A stretch of 64,000 bases of DNA from Candidatus Bathyarchaeia archaeon (GTDB lineage Archaea > Thermoproteota > Bathyarchaeia > 40CM-2-53-6), in contig JBEKSC010000008.1 of assembly GCA_049517415.1 (NCBI GenBank), positions 1-64,000 on the forward strand, in the 5' to 3' direction. Below, piece by piece: positions 60,013 through 64,000 of this stretch (position 1 is its first letter; the number at the start of each line of letters is the position of its first letter). The notes beneath the pieces were generated by a model. The model saw nothing but the letters and a program-made list of their open reading frames with translations. It had not been told where the DNA came from and did not search any database. The position numbers were made by a program, and so were the translations under genes.

Positions 60013-60675
60013 TTAAGTCTGCTTGACTGGAACGATCGTGGGGACACTAATGGCATCTCTGAGGCTTGCTAATTTAATATATGATATGAGCTCGTTCTTT
60101 TCGAGCGTCTCCTGTAGTTTCTTAGCAGCCAGTCTGACTTCGATTTCTGTCTTTGCACCTGTGATGACGAGTTTGCCGCTGGTGAAAATCAAGATGACAG
60201 TCTTTGGTTCATCCATCCGGTAGATGAGTCCAGGAAACTGCTCGGGCTCATAGATCGTCTTGGTTAGACGTTCTGCCACTACCTCCAAATCGAGCGTGCC
60301 ATTAAGATCGGCTGTGGCCACGATGTTCTCGATTCTAACTTCTGGGTTTCTAATTATGACTATGCCGTGAGTTCGAAGTTCGTTCGCTATCCTCTTGATT
60401 GCGGTCTTGGCCGACCTCTCAGACTTGGCACCTGTACAGACCATCTTGCCTGTACTGAAGAGTAGGCTTGATGTCTTTGGGCTCTTCAGCCTGTAAACGA
60501 GACCAGGAAACCTTTGCGGGTTGTACTCTGCCCGGGCGCTCACTTTCAGAATCGAATAGAGATCCAGGTTCTGACGTAACGCTCCCGTAGCCACGACGTT
60601 CTGAATCCTAACCTGCGGCTCTCTACTAGTTAACGTGCCATTCAACTCGCCACAATGAAGTCTTGCAACCATCAT
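60013..60675 (-). CDS. tbp: TATA-box-binding protein (start uncertain)
   Basis: Two repeats: IQNVVAT...YNPQRFPGLVYR...FSTGKMVCTGAK and IENIVAT...YEPEQFPGLIYR...FTSGKLVITGAK. Confidence 0.95.
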   Translation of the reverse strand: MMVARLHCGELNGTLTSREPQVRIQNVVATGALRQNLDLYSILKVSARAEYNPQRFPGLVYRLKSPKTSSLLFSTGKMVCTGAKSERSAKTAIKRIANELRTHGIVIIRNPEVRIENIVATADLNGTLDLEVVAERLTKTIYEPEQFPGLIYRMDEPKTVILIFTSGKLVITGAKTEIEVRLAAKKLQETLEKNELISYIKLASLRDAISVPTIVPVKQT

Positions 60676-61042
60676 CTGATGGTACTTTAGTTTTTACAAT
60701 AAGTAGATTAATAAATGGTAACTTATTAAGTGCTCTTCTATTACGTCGTTTCAACACCCAGAGTAAGGGCGCATCTCTTGCCTGAAGCCGCGTTTGGAGA
60801 ATTGCATTCTTGACATCTGACGCAGATCTTTACTCTGAGTTTCTGTTCCCTTAAAAACGGATTCCGAGCCGTGAAGTTCCAACAGAAAACCAAGACACGT
60901 TACATACGCGCGCACACAGAGAACGGGGCCCAAAGGGAACGGATTTGCATTTCTATTTCGACCCACCGTATTTGTCAGGTTGAGAGTTTCTCCAGAAAGA
61001 CTCCTCTCTGCTAGGTGAGCTTCATGGCTCCCTTGGGAGCAA

Positions 61043-61513
61043 TTAGTTTGTCTTGAGCGGAAGTTGTTTGAGCGCAGTGACAATTTCATGCGTGTGTTTT
61101 GTGACGTCGACGTCCGTGAAAATCTTAGCAATCTTGCCTTCCTTATCGATTATGAACGTCATTCTTTCTGCAAGCGAGCCGTCTTGACTCAAGACTCCGT
61201 AGGTCTTCGAAATCTGCTTGTCATGGTCGCTGATCAACGGGAAGTTGAGACTGTTTTTCTCGGCGAACTTTTTGTGGGATCCGACGGTGTCCACGCTAAC
61301 GCCTACAACTTCTGTCCAGAGTGCTGCTATCGATTGGAGCTTGTCTCTGAAACTGCAGGCTTCTGTGGTGCAACCTTTGGTATCATCCTTCGGGTAGAAG
61401 TAAAGCACTACGTTCCTCTTTCCACGGTAATCTCTCAGACGAACCCATGTGTCTTTGGACGTTTGGCCTTCGAAGTCAGGTGCCGTGTCACCAACCTTTG
61501 GCCTTGTTTCCAC
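61043..61513 (-). CDS. bcp: Peroxiredoxin BCP/PrxQ
   Basis: YFYPKDDTKGCTTEACSFRD, ERMTFIID. Confidence 0.93.
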   Translation of the reverse strand: METRPKVGDTAPDFEGQTSKDTWVRLRDYRGKRNVVLYFYPKDDTKGCTTEACSFRDKLQSIAALWTEVVGVSVDTVGSHKKFAEKNSLNFPLISDHDKQISKTYGVLSQDGSLAERMTFIIDKEGKIAKIFTDVDVTKHTHEIVTALKQLPLKTN

Positions 61514-61627
61514 TCGTAATCACTTCTCGGTAATTCGGTGTCTTCTGTCCATTATCTTCTTCTCAAGTTTATCATGCTTTAGCTTTGGAACCAACCTTGC
61601 CATGAAACACTTCCCTAGTTCAAGTTC

Positions 61628-61682
61628 AGTTGTGTGTGAGGTACCAATACTGCGCAAACACACTTTTTCGTGTAGCGCGACT
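61628..61682 (+). repeat. Dispersed repeat family copy E (degenerate)
   Basis: agttgtgtgtgaggtaccaatactgcgcaaacacactttttcgtgtagcgcgact; aligns with the reverse complement of 63343-63409. Confidence 0.55.
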
Positions 61683-61721
61683 GGTACACGCTGCAACGTG
61701 GAAGTTTACGTGTAAGGGTTG

Positions 61722-62771
61722 TTATGTCGTAGTCTGTTGGGTTGGTGCGCCGCTTTCATCAATCGCTTGGATCGATATGCCGTTTTGATTAATCACGTCA
61801 ATTACAGATGTCGGGACGGCCTGCTGATTGTAAATGTAGACTGGATTCAGCGGAGTTAGCCCACTGGTGCGTAGGATCTGTTGTCCCATTGGGCTGAGTA
61901 GAGCTTTGATGAAGATTATGCTCATGCTCCGGTCTGGACTACTAGATGGGATGGTCACGTCGTAGAGGATGGGCGCCCCGGTCACCTGTTTGCCATTAAC
62001 GGTCACGTTAACCTTTGCATACCAGTTTGCAAAGGTGAGGTTTGAGAGGTTAACTTGAGGTCCCGGATCGACGTATTGGAGTTTATGTGAAATCGCTTCC
62101 GAGGAGTACGACAGCACGTAATCTACCGCCCCTGTCTCTAACTGCGCGTCAAGATAGGTTTCTGTTGGGACTATCACCAGTTCCTTTGCTGCATTCTTCG
62201 TGTGGTAGATTTGATCGTAAAGGTAACTGGAGTTCTGATAATCTTGTAGTCCGGCTAGTTTCAGCATGAAAATTGCGTTGTAACCGCTCGGGTCAGTCTC
62301 TTTGTCCGAGACACCAACGATTACTCCCGGGCGAGTTATGATCTGATACCAGTTCTTTTGAGTAATCTCACTTTCGTATCGGCTATGGTTTGTGTAGAGT
62401 ACAGCCATCGAGTTTGAAGCAAAAACGATGTACCACGAAGCGTATTTAGGAATCAGTTGATTGGGAATTATGCGATAGTCCGCCGAAGCAAAGATATCGA
62501 ACGATTTGTTCGCCTGCGTAATCTCATTGGCCGCCAAGCGGCTGCCCTCGAAGATGTAATTGTAACTAAGCGTAGGATACTGTGGGCGAATCAGGGTGTT
62601 AGCAATCGCGTTGAAAGGCACTTGAAGAGTACCTGCAGCGTCTACTAGAAGAGTCGAAGATGTAGGAACCGAGTTGAACCCTTGGAAAAATCCGAGCGCG
62701 TATCCGACTCCCAATCCTGCAATTAACACCAGAATGAGAATTAGCCCACCATACTTTACCATCACACTCAT
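61722..62771 (-). CDS. wtpA: Tungstate/molybdate ABC substrate-binding protein (WtpA-like)
   Basis: AAGTL, EGSRLAA, DIFASADY, FASNSM, DPSGY, YSSEA, GAPILYDVTIP; N-terminal TM. Confidence 0.85.
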   Translation of the reverse strand: MSVMVKYGGLILILVLIAGLGVGYALGFFQGFNSVPTSSTLLVDAAGTLQVPFNAIANTLIRPQYPTLSYNYIFEGSRLAANEITQANKSFDIFASADYRIIPNQLIPKYASWYIVFASNSMAVLYTNHSRYESEITQKNWYQIITRPGVIVGVSDKETDPSGYNAIFMLKLAGLQDYQNSSYLYDQIYHTKNAAKELVIVPTETYLDAQLETGAVDYVLSYSSEAISHKLQYVDPGPQVNLSNLTFANWYAKVNVTVNGKQVTGAPILYDVTIPSSSPDRSMSIIFIKALLSPMGQQILRTSGLTPLNPVYIYNQQAVPTSVIDVINQNGISIQAIDESGAPTQQTTT

Positions 62772-62932
62772 ATCATATTACTTCCTGCATGGATCGTCCA
62801 GCACAATGATGTAAGCCTTGATAAGCGCGAACGCTTACGGTGGTAAGCGGACAAGACAGCCTAGTCGGCCTCTATGTGAACCTTGATAAGTTCAACAATA
62901 TCGTTTCGTTCCTCGTGGAGAGGCGGTGAACA

Positions 62933-63343
62933 TTGACACCTCGCCGCATCATTTTGACACCAAGGCAATGGAAGGTACTTCAACTCAGAGCAAGAGGATT
63001 AACTCAGGCTCAAGTAGGAAGCAGACTGCACACTTCACGTGAGAACATAAGCATCATCGAACACCGCGCTTACGCAAACGTAAGGGTAGCTAAGGCTACT
63101 ATTGCTGCCATAGACCAACTCTCAGAATCCGAAGAATTGATAATTCCAAGCGGTACCAGTGTCTTCGAGGCCGTGTCCATGACAATCCTCAGGGCCGACA
63201 TTTTACGAATCAAACTGAGAATTAATGCTGACTCTCTCCTAGCAGCGATCCGATCAAGATGTAAGGGAAGGATACGAGGACATCACCTAACAGCTGTCGT
63301 TAAGATTAGGATAAGCGAAGACGGTGCTGTAACGATAAAATGA
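62933..63343 (+). CDS. Tfx-family DNA-binding protein
   Basis: LTPRQWKVLQLRARGLTQAQVGSRLHTSRENISIIEHRA HTH plus IPSGT...AD C-domain. Confidence 0.85.
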   Translation: MTPRRIILTPRQWKVLQLRARGLTQAQVGSRLHTSRENISIIEHRAYANVRVAKATIAAIDQLSESEELIIPSGTSVFEAVSMTILRADILRIKLRINADSLLAAIRSRCKGRIRGHHLTAVVKIRISEDGAVTIK

Positions 63344-63409
63344 AATTGAACCGTCGTGCGTCGTCGTTCACGTAATGTGTGTGGTGATACTGGTACGCAC
63401 ACGCACAGC
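63343..63409 (-). repeat. Dispersed repeat family copy F (reverse orientation, near full unit)
   Basis: Reverse complement gctgtgcgtgtgcgtaccagtatcaccacacacattacgtgaacgacgacgcacgacggttcaattt. Confidence 0.72.
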
Positions 63410-63511
63410 TTAGCTGTTAGATTCAGGCGTAGTCTCTCGGAACATGTGGATGATTCGTCCACAACAACTAATTAACGGCAATCCCAACGACAGGGCATAG
63501 TTTGCAGCGAG

Positions 63512-63736
63512 GTGAGAAAGTTGAGTTTACTCGAAACAGTAATGCAAAATGCCACTGCTCCCCACCACCCTTGGCGACGCATGGGGTTTGGTATGGGGTT
63601 TGGTGGGTCGTTCATCTTCGGAGCCATCGGTGCAGTCTCAGTCCTCCTAATCACTATAGGCGTCTTCTACGTTTTAATAAAACTCGGAAGGCTCCTAGAC
63701 GCAATGAAAACAGAGGCTGGTTCCGCAAAGAAATGA
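63512..63736 (+). CDS. Small single-TM membrane protein
   Basis: Gly-rich segment then hydrophobic helix and LIKLGRLLDA. Confidence 0.55.
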   Translation: MRKLSLLETVMQNATAPHHPWRRMGFGMGFGGSFIFGAIGAVSVLLITIGVFYVLIKLGRLLDAMKTEAGSAKK

Positions 63737-64000
63737 AGCCCGCGAAAACGTAGACTGGGCGAGGCTTAGAAGTTGGACCACGCCCAACAACCTTTTTCTG
63801 GTTTGAACATCTCGTTTAGAGAATGGCCGATTTGACTGTACTGAGACAGCTTTTGATCAAGACAGGGCTAGACCTTGAAGGAGACAATATCCTGATGCTA
63901 TGATGAGCTACAGGGGAAAGCCTACCCGTCTCGCCTCCCTCTTTTTCTACATCGGCGTCTCAGCCATCCTTCTGAAAGTGTATGCATTTAAGTTCAAAGA

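Noticed and set aside
60907..60918. Seventh repeat copy (cgcgcgcacaca) between tbp and bcp
   Set aside because: Only a 12-nt low-complexity match without the flanking blocks; insufficient by eye

Overview
Archaeal chromosomal window. The gene content (eS25, Nop10, GINS, PolB1-type polymerase, thermosome, Rpo6, AglB, CarS, TBP) points to a TACK-superphylum archaeon, most plausibly Bathyarchaeia (inference). It contains (i) housekeeping blocks, including a TFS-PCNA-priL-//-priS-GINS-L44e-S27e-aIF2a-nop10 cluster split by a Rieske ferredoxin and subtilase insertion; (ii) an accessory island (~17.3-23.1 kb) with alkA, an amber-interrupted membrane gene, a truncated metallophosphoesterase and an intact solo casposase-type Cas1 with no CRISPR array, cas2 or element-borne PolB; (iii) a cell-surface locus (~43.4-57.1 kb) with an archaeosortase, PEF/PGF-CTERM-like substrates, an M6 protease, a 1462-aa surface protein and a receptor-like KaiC/RAD55 ATPase; (iv) a second accessory stretch (~57-64 kb). 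The main novel signal is a degenerate ~55-95 bp repeat family (approximate consensus GTGTGTGCGCACCA-NTAGACCCA-CACACACTTT-YYAACGACRAACGACGACGG-TTCAAATTT). It sits at gene boundaries in the Cas1 island, brackets cas1 in inverted orientation, and also brackets the wtpA-tfx pair about 40 kb away. This may be a Cas1-associated gene-cassette system, which is a hypothesis only. All calls are by motif recognition; no database searches were run.
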